A stretch of DNA of 64,000 nt, taken from the sequence record MN695334.1. The stretch is one strand, 5' to 3'. Numbering within the stretch: the stretch's first letter is position 1; every line of letters begins with the position of its first letter. The position numbers and the translations under genes were made by a program. Shown piece after piece: positions 35,674 to 46,533 of this stretch. The notes beneath the pieces are model-generated. The model did not search any database and was not told the origin of the DNA. It saw only the letters and a program-made list of their open reading frames with translations.

Positions 35674-36480
35674 ATGATTGAAATCGTTCTGGCTACACTT
35701 CTAAACACAAATACACCTGTTCTTTCCACAATCGAGATGGAAAGTGTCCCACATGTAAGTACTAGTTCTGTTCACATTTCTAGTCCTCACATTAGTGAAC
35801 AACTTCACGCCAGCCCAAGCATTCCGGCGCCATCTACTTTTAGTATTGGGCGTACAAGTTCTGCTGGTGTGGATATCGCCCGCACCTACAGCAGCCGCCC
35901 CTACAGCCCTCCTAGCCGCACCTACAGCCCTCCTAGCCCCCAAAGTCGTCCTACAGTTAATCTGAATACCTATAATGTTGCTCGACCTTCAACACCACTT
36001 AGTCCTAGTCAAAGGTCTTTGAGAATCGAGAGTGCCCCAAGAACACCTTCTGGTGCAATCAATCTATCTAATTATCCTGTTGCGACACCTAAACCAAAGG
36101 TTTCTCCTCCGACTCCTGCACCTGCAAAAGTTTATGTTCCTCGAACAAATCCGGCACCACCTGCACCTACGAGGGTATATGCAAATCCAGCACCTTATAG
36201 GGAACGACCTGTAATCATTCGTGAGAACAACTCTATCATTGATAATCCTTGGTTTTGGATGTCAATGTTTAACAACAATCAACGGCCACAAACTGTCATT
36301 CAACAACCGGCTCCTATCATTCAACAAGCACCGAATGGTAGTATTGTTGCACAACCAGCAACTCAACAACCTATTGTACAACGAGCCTCTACTGGCAACT
36401 TCTTTCTCAATTTTATGGTTGTAGTTTTGATTGTAGTTGTGATCGGCATGGGTATCGCTCTTCTTAAACTTCGCCGTTGA
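35674..36480 (+). CDS. Pro/Ser-rich membrane-anchored protein
   Basis: Low-complexity P/S/T middle with internal tandem repeat (35881-35940), NPWFWMSMF motif, C-terminal TM followed by KLRR. Confidence 0.7.
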   Translation: MIEIVLATLLNTNTPVLSTIEMESVPHVSTSSVHISSPHISEQLHASPSIPAPSTFSIGRTSSAGVDIARTYSSRPYSPPSRTYSPPSPQSRPTVNLNTYNVARPSTPLSPSQRSLRIESAPRTPSGAINLSNYPVATPKPKVSPPTPAPAKVYVPRTNPAPPAPTRVYANPAPYRERPVIIRENNSIIDNPWFWMSMFNNNQRPQTVIQQPAPIIQQAPNGSIVAQPATQQPIVQRASTGNFFLNFMVVVLIVVVIGMGIALLKLRR

Positions 36481-37226
36481 TTTTCAATGATCGAAAAAGA
36501 AATTACTTACAAACTTACTCTCAGTGATATTGAAGCCATCAAACTTCTTCGCCTTCTTATGTCTAATTGTGATGGTGTCTGGTGGGATAATGATTTGGAA
36601 ACAATTTATTATGAGTTGAAAGAATGTGTTGATACTGAAAAGTTCAACCAATACATGGAAACTGGCGAATGACATATAGTGCAGACGAAATTCTAGTTGG
36701 TTCTCGTTGGATTGGTGTTTCAGGTGACATTGTAACTGTTGAAGGTCTCAATAGTTATGGGAGTTTAGATCCTTGGATTACAGTTGTGTATTCTTGGCAA
36801 GAGAAAGGTCAAACAGTAACTCACGAAAAGGATGTTTTTTCTTTTCAAGTAAGATATAGTTTGATTGTTGACTCACCCACCCTTAGTGATGTGGTATGAT
36901 CCAGAGGCACACGCGAGAAGCGAATGACCCAACCACCCTCAGCATTTTTCATCAACAGAGCTGCTACCAGAATCCTGGCCCTACCCCACGTACAGAGCCT
37001 AGAAAGGGAGCCTGATGGTTGGTGCTGCTACTTGCATCCAGGGCTCACCACCGAAGCACTGGGGGGCAGTGGGACCATTATTGATACGTCTCTATCTGTG
37101 ATTTGGTCATTTGTCAAAGGGCCAGCACAACAAATGTGAAATCAAAGACACTTAAACAACTGGCACAAGGGCACTTCATAGGTGCCCCTTTTGTCTTATT
37201 ATACTTTCATACGCAAAGGAACTCAA

Positions 37227-37958
37227 ATGTTTCAATTCGCAGAGGTCGGCGGTGCAGTTCGTGACAAGTTTCTAGGTGTTGAATCTAAAGATGTTGACTT
37301 TGTTGCGATTGCAGAAAATCCCGAAAACTTTGAAAGTGCGGAGCAAGCATTCGCCGCATTGGTGGGCTTTATTAAAGAAAGTGGTTTTAAAGTATTTCTG
37401 GAAACTCCACAATTCTTTACTGTACGGGCACAAGTTCCTGACAACCACCCTCTGAAGCAACGTACTAATGTTGCTGACTTTGTTCTGGCGCGGAAAGATG
37501 GCCCCAGTTCGGATGGTCGTCGGCCAGACTTTGTTCTGCCCGGTACTCTTTTTGATGATCTTCAGCGTAGGGATTTTACTGTTAACGCCATGGCAATTCT
37601 GAATGGTGAACTAATCGATCCTTTTGGGGGTTGTCAAGACCTAAAAGATAAAATATTGGATTTTGTGGGAGATTCTAGAGAACGAATTGCAGAGGATGGC
37701 CTAAGAGTTATGCGAGCACTTCGGTTTCATATCACCAAAGGATTCGACTTTGACTCTTTTGTTTGGGATGAATTAAATACCGAATTTGCGGCAGAAATGC
37801 TGATGAAAGTTTCTGTTGAGCGTATCAGGGAAGAACTTGATAAAATGTTTCTCCTTGATACTTTGAGTAGTATCAAATTGATTCAAGACCTGGAAGAATC
37901 TGTTCAAAAAGCAATCTTCCGCGATGGTCTTCGCTTGGCACCCACTCTTAAAAAGTAA
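37227..37958 (+). CDS. cca: Class II tRNA nucleotidyltransferase (CCA-adding / poly(A) polymerase family)
   Basis: VGGAVRD...KDVDF, DDLQRRDFTVNAM, DPFGG, EDGLRVMRALRF, VSVERIREEL; likely start ATG 37227. Confidence 0.88.
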   Translation: MFQFAEVGGAVRDKFLGVESKDVDFVAIAENPENFESAEQAFAALVGFIKESGFKVFLETPQFFTVRAQVPDNHPLKQRTNVADFVLARKDGPSSDGRRPDFVLPGTLFDDLQRRDFTVNAMAILNGELIDPFGGCQDLKDKILDFVGDSRERIAEDGLRVMRALRFHITKGFDFDSFVWDELNTEFAAEMLMKVSVERIREELDKMFLLDTLSSIKLIQDLEESVQKAIFRDGLRLAPTLKK

Positions 37959-38328
37959 ACCTTCTTACCTACAATCATGTCTACACTCACTATGAATGAA
38001 AAACTACTTGATCTGGACAAAGATGATCCTAATTATGGGACTAAAAGAATGAAACTTATGGTAGAGTATATGCAACACTACATGACGACTTACACACAAC
38101 AATACAATTATCAAGAATACACCGATGAAACATTCATTCGGGATGTTCTTTATGGTCTAGGAGTAGCAATCAATCCTCAAGATCATCGTGGGCCTGACGG
38201 TTTCGCCCGCTGGAAAGAAACTTTAAAGACTCAATATCTCTATGTTTCCAAAGATTCTGAAAATGAGGAACTGAAATTGACATGTAAAGCTGTTCGGGCT
38301 CTTCTGAAACTAGTGCAGGACGAAGAAA

Positions 38329-38676
38329 ATGCCTAAAACTCAACATGAACTGACACTCAAGCAAATTGAACTGACATTAAAAGGCTTTGATGAACGAATT
38401 ACTCTCTTGGCCAGGTATTACCATGAAATGGTAATTGTTCCACTTGAAAAGAAGTACAACCTGAAGTTCTGGTCAGGTATGGGTAATGTTTTCTTTGAAG
38501 ATCTAACTACAAATGAAAATATTAACGATGATTCTGTATTTTTTGTTCTCTCTGGCCCCTTTGAGGACGATGATGATGAAGAACAACCTAACTATGAAAT
38601 GTATGAAGAACTAAATGATGTCTTCGGTGTACTAAACAGTGAGATTCATGATAGTACCTTCGCTTATTGGTTCTAA
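38329..38676 (+). CDS. YY..PLEKKY family protein, copy 1 of 3
   Basis: RYYHEMVIVPLEKKYNLKF; paralogs at 43625-44011 and 44008-44364. Confidence 0.7.
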   Translation: MPKTQHELTLKQIELTLKGFDERITLLARYYHEMVIVPLEKKYNLKFWSGMGNVFFEDLTTNENINDDSVFFVLSGPFEDDDDEEQPNYEMYEELNDVFGVLNSEIHDSTFAYWF

Positions 38677-38682
38677 CACCCC

Positions 38683-40697
38683 ATGATTAAAACTACGCCT
38701 TGGCTTATTATTGACAATTATTGTGCATTTCGTGCAATAGAAGGAACTGATCCAAATCTAATTGAGAATAGAATTGCTTTTATCGAAAAAACACCAAGAG
38801 TAAGAATTTCTTCCTATCATCATAACGAGAATAGGTTAGAAGACTTTAAAAATTGGGAATGTGGCCCATCAGGAACCGGTGGTAGTGGATCACCGGAAGA
38901 AGAAGAAACTTATGGTTTTTATCAACCTTCTAGGGAATGGTGTGACGAAAAACTAATTTCCATGGGATACGAGTTAGGGTAATTTTAATTAACAATTCAT
39001 TTCAAACATTTTAACACCATGGCATTTGTTTATCTGCGCTTTTGTGACAACGATTTCGGAACCGAAATGCAACATTTTGGTGATGATTTTCTCTATAATT
39101 GGGGAACACAAATTCTCGAAATGAGTGAAGAGAAAATCAAGCAATGTGCTGTGGTTTTTATGGCAGGATATTATACATATCATGGCACTTTTAGGAAGAA
39201 TCTTCTTAAAAACGGTTTATTGGATTATGTGTCATGTGCAGAGGAAAATTACTCTAGAATGTTGAAATATTTTGATCATTCTATCAAAGTGTATCATTCA
39301 AAACACTGGCCAAATGAAGTATATGAAAAATATGGATCTAATGATGATATGGGAAGTCTATTGCTCGATGTTTATGATAAAAAATGTTATTTGGTGTGAC
39401 ACTTATCTTACTGGCACAAGGACTTCCGAAAGGGAGTCTTTTTTTGTATAATAATCACAGTTAACAACTTCAAAACAAATGGGCTGCTGGAATAAAACTT
39501 GTGCTCTGAGTAATCTACACATTTATGCTGGGGAACCAGTATATGTGTTTATTCTGGAAAATACACCAGAAACTTCTCACTGCTATTCAACGCATTTCTA
39601 TAGGCCAATTCTTATTCCTTTCTATAGTCAATATGATGATTATGGTACTGGTGAAAATAGTAGTGGTGTAGGACTTCAAATTATTATTGATAGTATCAAA
39701 GAGAAACTTGTCGAAAAAAAAGTCGGAGAAAATGAATATCACGATATTGCAGTAAAGAAAGAGAATTTTGGTGAAGATCTTTTGTTTGAATCTATGCGAG
39801 AGAATCGGCTGGAAGTTAAGAACAATAGCTTGTTTAGCAATACAACAACTCTCCAATTCGTAATGATGCGAGCAGATATTGTAGATGGTATTCTTTCAAA
39901 ATATAAGCCAGAAATTTTTCGAAGAAATGAGTCTGGGTATTATAATAATGATGAAGATTCACTGAATGATCTGATTGATGAGGTTGATTCGGCTATTGAA
40001 ATTATTCAAAAGGAATTGAAGTCTATTGAAGGACTTGAATTGGATTACATGGTGCTTTCTTATTCTTATGCCTCTACACATGAGCACATTTTTCGGAAAA
40101 ACGAAAATAAACTAGCTGAATGGATTCGGTGGTTTGATAACACCAGTTTTGGTCAAACCGTGAATCCAATCAAAGTGTTGCTGGCCTTTATTCACAATAA
40201 TCAAATTGAAGAAGCCAGAGAATTCTTTATTGATATGCTTAAGGGGTGCTTTATCGCAAGTTTCATGGAAAGGACTCGACGTAGCTGGATTCCACAAAGT
40301 GGTGAAGGTAGCCAAGATACTGAACTCAAAAATCATAAACTTCTGGCACAAACTATTCTGAATGCAATCGAAGTCGAAGAAAAAATGTTCGTCGATGATG
40401 AAGACTGAAATGAAACTATATCTTATTTGTGAAGATGTTGATTTAGGTTGTCATGTTATTGCGGTATTTGACACGCCAGAGCAAGCCGAGGCTGAATATG
40501 CCGCCATTGTCGATGCATGGGCAAAGTATTATTATGCAATGATTGGCATAGAAGTTCCAGAGAATGTACACGAAATGAGTCCACAACCACACAACTTCTG
40601 GATTGACGAACATACTCTGAATGATACAGACTCAACTCACACTGAAGTTCTACGATATGATGAGTATTATCTAAGATACAAAAAATGCACAGAATAA
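38683..40697 (+). other. Hypothetical ORFs including a 309-aa conserved phage protein
   Basis: 39479-40408 begins MGCWNKTCALSNLHI, a recurring large-phage N-terminus. Confidence 0.6.
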
Positions 40698-41215
40698 GTC
40701 TAACTGAACATCTAAAACAGAGACACCTGAACATAGAACTACATAGACCCATTATATGTGAGAGTGAATATGTAGCCACATTTCTTATTTACAATTTATC
40801 TGGGCAAATTGTTGGTTATCAAAAATATCGCCCACAAGGTTGTAAAAAAACATTTAATTGTGCTGAAAAAAGCAAGTATTATACCTATAGAAAACTCCCC
40901 ACAGTGACTATATGGGGAGTTGAAAGTCTTAAATTTCACAGTAAATGCATCTTTCTTACTGAAGGAATTTTTGATGCTGCAAGAATGACTAATATCGAAA
41001 GATCTGCACTTGCCGTTCTATCTAATGATTGCCCAAAGGATTATGTAAATTGGCTTCAGATGTTAAATCGACCCATTGTTTCTGTTTGCGATAATGATTC
41101 TGCCGGTAAAAAACTTTCCAAGTTTGGTAATTATGTAGAGATTGTCCCAGATATTAAGGATTTGGGTGAATCGAGCGATGATTATGTTTCATACTTAATT
41201 GATAAGTATGATTAG
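40685..41215 (+). CDS. Stand-alone TOPRIM (primase-like) protein
   Basis: FLTEGIFDAAR and VCDNDSAG (E plus DxD). Confidence 0.75.
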   Translation: MHRISLTEHLKQRHLNIELHRPIICESEYVATFLIYNLSGQIVGYQKYRPQGCKKTFNCAEKSKYYTYRKLPTVTIWGVESLKFHSKCIFLTEGIFDAARMTNIERSALAVLSNDCPKDYVNWLQMLNRPIVSVCDNDSAGKKLSKFGNYVEIVPDIKDLGESSDDYVSYLIDKYD

Positions 41216-41633
41216 TGGACACTTTATAAACTGGCACAAGAACCACCAGAACAGGGTCTTTTGTTTTATAATAATCACAGTTAACAAATTTAAATCAAAT
41301 GAACTTTAACACAAAAGAAGGACACATTAGAGTTTATCTTGACAAAAAAGAAGCAGTTGCATTTTATAATGATTTTTTTATTGTAAAAGAGCTTGGATAT
41401 GATCATAATGAGGTTGTTGAGTTTGTTTATGATAATCTAGTAAAATCAGTTCATAAAAATCAAGGATTTGAAGTTACTATCTCCCCAGTTTTTGTAAAAG
41501 AACTTCTAGAGGACTTGAATTATAAACTTAGCCGAACGATGCATATTACCAGAGTTACAAGAAATCTGATTGATAATCTGACTTATTATATTATGTCGGA
41601 TAATCAGAAAACTTCAATCATTCCCCCATTAAA

Positions 41634-42101
41634 ATGAAAGCTCACGAACTCGGACTAAAACTTCTTAACGGCCCCAATCATGATGTTTTGATCGAAGATC
41701 CTGTTGGTTGTCTTCGTTCACCACTATCCACATTTGAGAGTAATATCAACGGACAAAATGAAGAAATGTGTGGGGATGCAGAGGGTAGATTGGGCGAAAC
41801 AATCGTCAAAATCGTATTGTAAATACACTTCTCTGAACAGTCTGATAACTGGCACAAGAACCCGAATCTGCGCCCACAACCAGGATACAATTCTTTTATT
41901 CCAACCGAATTTCTCATGAAAGCTCACGAACTCGCTCAAGTTTTGTTGACTGGTCCTAATGTTGAAGTAGTATTCAGTGATAGTATTGGACCTATTGATA
42001 TTGAGAGTTGTTTTGAAAGTAAAATCACTGAAAATGATGCAGACAATTGTGGTAACTGCGAGGGTCGCGTTGGCGAAACTGTAATTGCTCTGTCTAACTG
42101 A
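41634..42101 (+). repeat. Tandem paralog pair of ~61-aa MKAHEL proteins separated by a promoter box
   Basis: MKAHEL...GPN...FES...CG..EGR.GET shared by 41634-41822 and 41916-42101. Confidence 0.8.
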
Positions 42102-42132
42102 TACAAAAATCAATTCATCGGAATGTATTCCA

Positions 42133-42564
42133 ATGGCAAATTCTTTAATTAAATATCCCGCTGATATGAACGCGGAAAACTCACCTGAACTGAATGTAAT
42201 TGAGTATTGCCATGATTTGATTATGTGGCTCGAAGATGATTATATAGAAAATTGCATTAAAGAACTTTCGCGTCGGGGTGTAGGTGAATCTCAGATTGAT
42301 TCACAAATTCTAAAGATGAAGAATAAAATCGAGTTTGAATATATTATCGAATCAGGTAGAAAGTATCACAAAATTATTGAAATCTCATATAGCAATCGAA
42401 GTGTTCATTGTTTTGTAGATATGAAAACTGGTGATGTATATAAAGCCGCCTCGTGGAAATCTCCAGCACAACGACCACGATTTAATTTACTTTCTGAAAA
42501 TGATCGTGAATGGTTAAGGAATCATGCTGATTATGCTGGAAGATATCTTTATCTCAGACTATGA
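42133..42564 (+). CDS. Conserved cyanophage early hypothetical protein
   Basis: GRKYHKI...SVHCFVDMKTGDVYKAASWKSPA. Confidence 0.65.
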   Translation: MANSLIKYPADMNAENSPELNVIEYCHDLIMWLEDDYIENCIKELSRRGVGESQIDSQILKMKNKIEFEYIIESGRKYHKIIEISYSNRSVHCFVDMKTGDVYKAASWKSPAQRPRFNLLSENDREWLRNHADYAGRYLYLRL

Positions 42565-43067
42565 AAAAGCCATAGTTGGTTTCACTCCGAGACAGATATC
42601 AAAACTTTAAACAAAACACTTAAAAACCCCACTCAAATGAAAATCTCACGCAAATCCATTATTGATGATCGTAGCGCAATTGGTCATTTTATTCTTTCCG
42701 CCATCACTGAAGTCAGACCCGAAGTTTTTGAAACAATCGACAGGGGTGATGACGAATTTGAAGTGTGTATGACCTTTAATGGAGTAGAAATTCCTATTGA
42801 TGTTGTGATTAACAAATGGGTTGAACGAAATCGACAAGGTATTAACAAAGCAGCCGTAAATCTAATTGCAGAAAAACTAGATGTAATAAACGATAAGATT
42901 CGACAGGCCGAAGAAGAAATTCAAGAAAAACTATCTGATCTGAAATCAGATATTGCAGAAAGTTTCAATCTTCAGTATAATTCATGGGACGATTATTTCT
43001 ATGAGAATGATGATCATGCATAAAAACTAATATTCTCGACTTCATAACAAACACAAAATTACACATC

Positions 43068-43628
43068 ATGTTTTCTATTAAAAAGCTCAGTCAAATTTAC
43101 AACAAAATCTATAACGAAATCTGTGATATTTCGTTCTTTGGCCGAATGCTAGACAACCCATATCGTCAGAGGGTTGGATACAACAAATACGAGAGTCTGA
43201 CTGAACAACAGTGGCAGAATCTGTTTGATGTTTGTTCTGTCGTTCATGCAAATTCTCATCTATTTGATATGAACTACTTCCATAATATTAATGAGTGTGG
43301 CACAACTCATTGTCTAGCTGGTTGGGCAGTAGCAATCGAAATGAATGATTATAGACATACTTACATCGATTACGGCAATAGCGCATGGTTAAATCTTGTA
43401 GAAAAGTATGGCCTTCAAGGATTTCCTAGTTCTGGTGATATTGCGAGGGCTATGTTGTCTGAATACATAGAACCATTCTTCTATCTGTGTAGAGGTATGC
43501 GTACGTCGGAGAATATGATTCTACATGAATTGATTTTGCCGATGATTGCAGAAGGCAAGAAAGATGGATTGATTGTATCGCCACATGTACAAGATTTCAT
43601 TACCAAAACTATCAATCATCAATCATGA
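43068..43628 (+). CDS. CGTxHCxAGW family protein, copy 3
   Basis: CGTTHCLAGWA; termini near-identical to copy 4. Confidence 0.85.
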   Translation: MFSIKKLSQIYNKIYNEICDISFFGRMLDNPYRQRVGYNKYESLTEQQWQNLFDVCSVVHANSHLFDMNYFHNINECGTTHCLAGWAVAIEMNDYRHTYIDYGNSAWLNLVEKYGLQGFPSSGDIARAMLSEYIEPFFYLCRGMRTSENMILHELILPMIAEGKKDGLIVSPHVQDFITKTINHQS

Positions 43629-44364
43629 CTATCAGTACGGAAGAATACAATCAGGTGATGAGTCTGTTGTTGGAAGATGCACGGAAAGTGTATGACAACA
43701 AAATCAATCAGGCTGCCCGTGCATATTATGTAATTATCATTGAGCCACTTGAGAAGAAGTATGGTATTAAGTTTAGGCAGGGTAATTGTCATTATTGTTT
43801 CGTGATTAACGAGACGAATGAGACAATCGATTATTTTGATGTGAACAGGTATGATGAACAGGATTATGTGAATCGTGTTTATGACGATGATAACGTAGAT
43901 CACGAAGAAGTTCATTATCGGTCTTCGCTGATGAAGGATCTTGTACCGGTGTTTGATATGCTCAACACTCAAATCTTTGTTAGAGACCAGTTCGGGTATT
44001 TTGTGCCATGAAACGAACTGAACTGCTGAAATACAATGGAGGTATAGCGGCCTCTCTTGATTATGCCAAGTCCAAGTATCAAGAAAGTCTGGAGAATTTG
44101 GGTAATCAGTATTATCGTGATGTGATTGTTCCACTTGAAAGTAAGTACAATCTGAAGTTCTTCTGTGGCAATGGTGACTGGTTCTTTGTACATGTTCCCA
44201 CTGAGATTTTAATTCACCCCACAGACATTGAATTGTATGGTGTAGCAAATCTGGCGTGTGATGAGATTCTGAGTACAGAAATGTACGATGATCTTACAGT
44301 AGTATTTGATGCATGTAGCATTGAACTGGAGTATAACAATTTCTTCGGTTATTGCATCGGATGA
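43625..44364 (+). CDS. YY..PLEKKY family, copies 2 and 3 (43625-44011, 44008-44364)
   Basis: AYYVIIIEPLEKKYGIKF and QYYRDVIVPLESKYNLKF. Confidence 0.7.
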
Positions 44365-44505
44365 ATAAGAAAGTATTCATCATCATTCAAATTGTCACAT
44401 TGATTATTAACTTGATCGTTTTGTCACTTCAGATCTACAATCTTAATGTGCAAAATCGCACTCTAGAGAATCTAAAACAAAAACAAACACAAAAAATTAC
44501 TCATC

Positions 44506-45039
44506 ATGTTTTCTATTAAAAAGCTCAACAAGATTTACAATAAAATTCATAATCAAATCAATAATCTTCATTGGACTGATCATTGGTTTGATAATCAATA
44601 CCCCAATCGTTATAACAGTTACGACAGTCTGACTGAACGACAGTGGCAGAATCTGTTTGATGTTTGCTGTATCATCGAAGCAAACTATGATCGATTTGAT
44701 ATGGCAGAATATCATAGCTACAATGAGTGTGGCACAACTCATTGTCTCGCGGGATGGGCCGTGGCATTAGAGGCCAATGATCCTGATTTTAGCTATACAT
44801 ATAGTCTTGATTATCTCCTAGAAAAGTACAATTTGAGATACCGTGCAGCTACTTCTGATATTGCTGCCGCTATTCTATCGGAGTACATTAAGCCATTCTT
44901 CTATCTTTATCAGGGACGGAATCCCGAAAATGTCATGTATAGAGAGTTCATTCTACCTGTGATTGAAGAAGGCAAGAAAGATGGATTGATTGTATCGCCA
45001 CATGCACAAGATTTCATTACCAAAACTACATACAAATGA
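44506..45039 (+). CDS. CGTxHCxAGW family protein, copy 4
   Basis: CGTTHCLAGWA. Confidence 0.85.
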   Translation: MFSIKKLNKIYNKIHNQINNLHWTDHWFDNQYPNRYNSYDSLTERQWQNLFDVCCIIEANYDRFDMAEYHSYNECGTTHCLAGWAVALEANDPDFSYTYSLDYLLEKYNLRYRAATSDIAAAILSEYIKPFFYLYQGRNPENVMYREFILPVIEEGKKDGLIVSPHAQDFITKTTYK

Positions 45040-45566
45040 TTACTAAAGAAAGACTTTTAGACCTTTATACTAATTGCTATGATAAGATCTATTATGATGA
45101 CATAACTGATGCCGTAGAATATTATCTAGCAGAACTTCTAGGATGTGCTATAATTCAATCTGATCATGATCTAGAAATGTCGAAGGCACAGTGGGACAAT
45201 CTAGTAAAAGTATGTCAGACTATTGTTACTCATGAGCAACAATTCAACATGAGTGCTTATCATAAACCCAATATGTGTGGCACTTCTCATTGTATTGCTG
45301 GCTGGGCGGTTTGTGTTGAATTGAATAATTTCAATATCACTAATTACATGCTAGTGAGTGGAATAGAAGCCAAGTATGGATATAAATTTGATGATATGTT
45401 TACCACGAATTGCACTATAGCTTCTGCTGTTCTATCGCCATTAGTATATCCGTTCTTTTTTCTTCTTGGTGGTGATATTAAAGTAACCAATCAAATTATG
45501 ATGAATGAATTTATCAAACCAGTACTTCAGATTGCCAAAGAACAAAATGTTGTGACAGTTGAGTAA
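45036..45566 (+). CDS. CGTxHCxAGW family protein, copy 5
   Basis: CGTSHCIAGWA. Confidence 0.85.
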   Translation: MITKERLLDLYTNCYDKIYYDDITDAVEYYLAELLGCAIIQSDHDLEMSKAQWDNLVKVCQTIVTHEQQFNMSAYHKPNMCGTSHCIAGWAVCVELNNFNITNYMLVSGIEAKYGYKFDDMFTTNCTIASAVLSPLVYPFFFLLGGDIKVTNQIMMNEFIKPVLQIAKEQNVVTVE

Positions 45567-45632
45567 CCGACACAATCCCAGACCCTGCGGCTTTAACCGA
45601 GACTACAATAGTGGTAACTCAAAACTTTTATC

Positions 45633-46229
45633 ATGACAAAAATCATCAACAATCACGAAATCAGGCCAGGCGCAAATCTCAAAGGTGCCGATCTGTTTAA
45701 TGCAGATCTTTCGCGGGCAAATCTTCAAGGCGCATGTCTTGAACGAGCCCGTCTCATGTATGCAAATCTTGGTGGCGCAAATCTTCGTGGTGTTGATTTT
45801 GATTCTGCCTTGCTTATGAATGCAAATCTTCAAGATGCAGATCTTTCTGGCGCAAATCTCTTTGGTGCAAATCTTGTTGGCGCAAATCTTGATGGCGCAA
45901 ATCTTGTGGACGCGAATTTGTATAAGGCAAATCTCGAAGGTGCCGATCTTCAAGGAGCAAATCTTCAGGGCGCATCACTACTGGATGCAAAACTCAGAGG
46001 TGCAAATCTAAAAGGAACTATTCTTGAATACAATGAAGAATTAGTCACGACAGAACATGATCCTAAGTTGGTCTTTTTTATTGATGAATCTATCAAAAGT
46101 CTAGAGGCTAAGCAAGGATATCGATCCGCATTTTATACAAGAGCCGCATATGACTACATTCATAAAATTCACAGTACCACACTAGAAATTGCTGTAGAAA
46201 GTTATGATCAGCAACTTGAACAAGCATGA
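45633..46229 (+). CDS. Pentapeptide-repeat protein with unrelated C-terminal domain
   Basis: ANL/ADL repeats then a ~65-aa helical tail. Confidence 0.88.
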   Translation: MTKIINNHEIRPGANLKGADLFNADLSRANLQGACLERARLMYANLGGANLRGVDFDSALLMNANLQDADLSGANLFGANLVGANLDGANLVDANLYKANLEGADLQGANLQGASLLDAKLRGANLKGTILEYNEELVTTEHDPKLVFFIDESIKSLEAKQGYRSAFYTRAAYDYIHKIHSTTLEIAVESYDQQLEQA

Positions 46230-46533
46230 CAGCAAAAAACAACTCAAACAATGAGGTATTTAAAAGGGCATCATCTTTCAATAGCATCATTCCTTCAACT
46301 GATATGAGTATCGAAGAATATGAGACCTTTTTAAATTGTGCAAAACCACATGAATTAGAATTGGATGTAGTAAGTCAAGATACTTATTATAAAATTTGTA
46401 ATATACTTAATATACCCACAGTAAAGCCAAAATTTCCACATTTTAGATGTGCCACATAATCAACTGGCACAAGCCCGACCTTCAGGGTCTCTAGCAGACA
46501 CTACAATAGGGGAGTCGCCAGGGAAACCTCATC

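Noticed and set aside
35881-35940. RNA polymerase II CTD mimic (YSPPSRT-YSPPSPQ)
   Set aside because: Only two heptads within low-complexity sequence in a bacterial virus; likely chance
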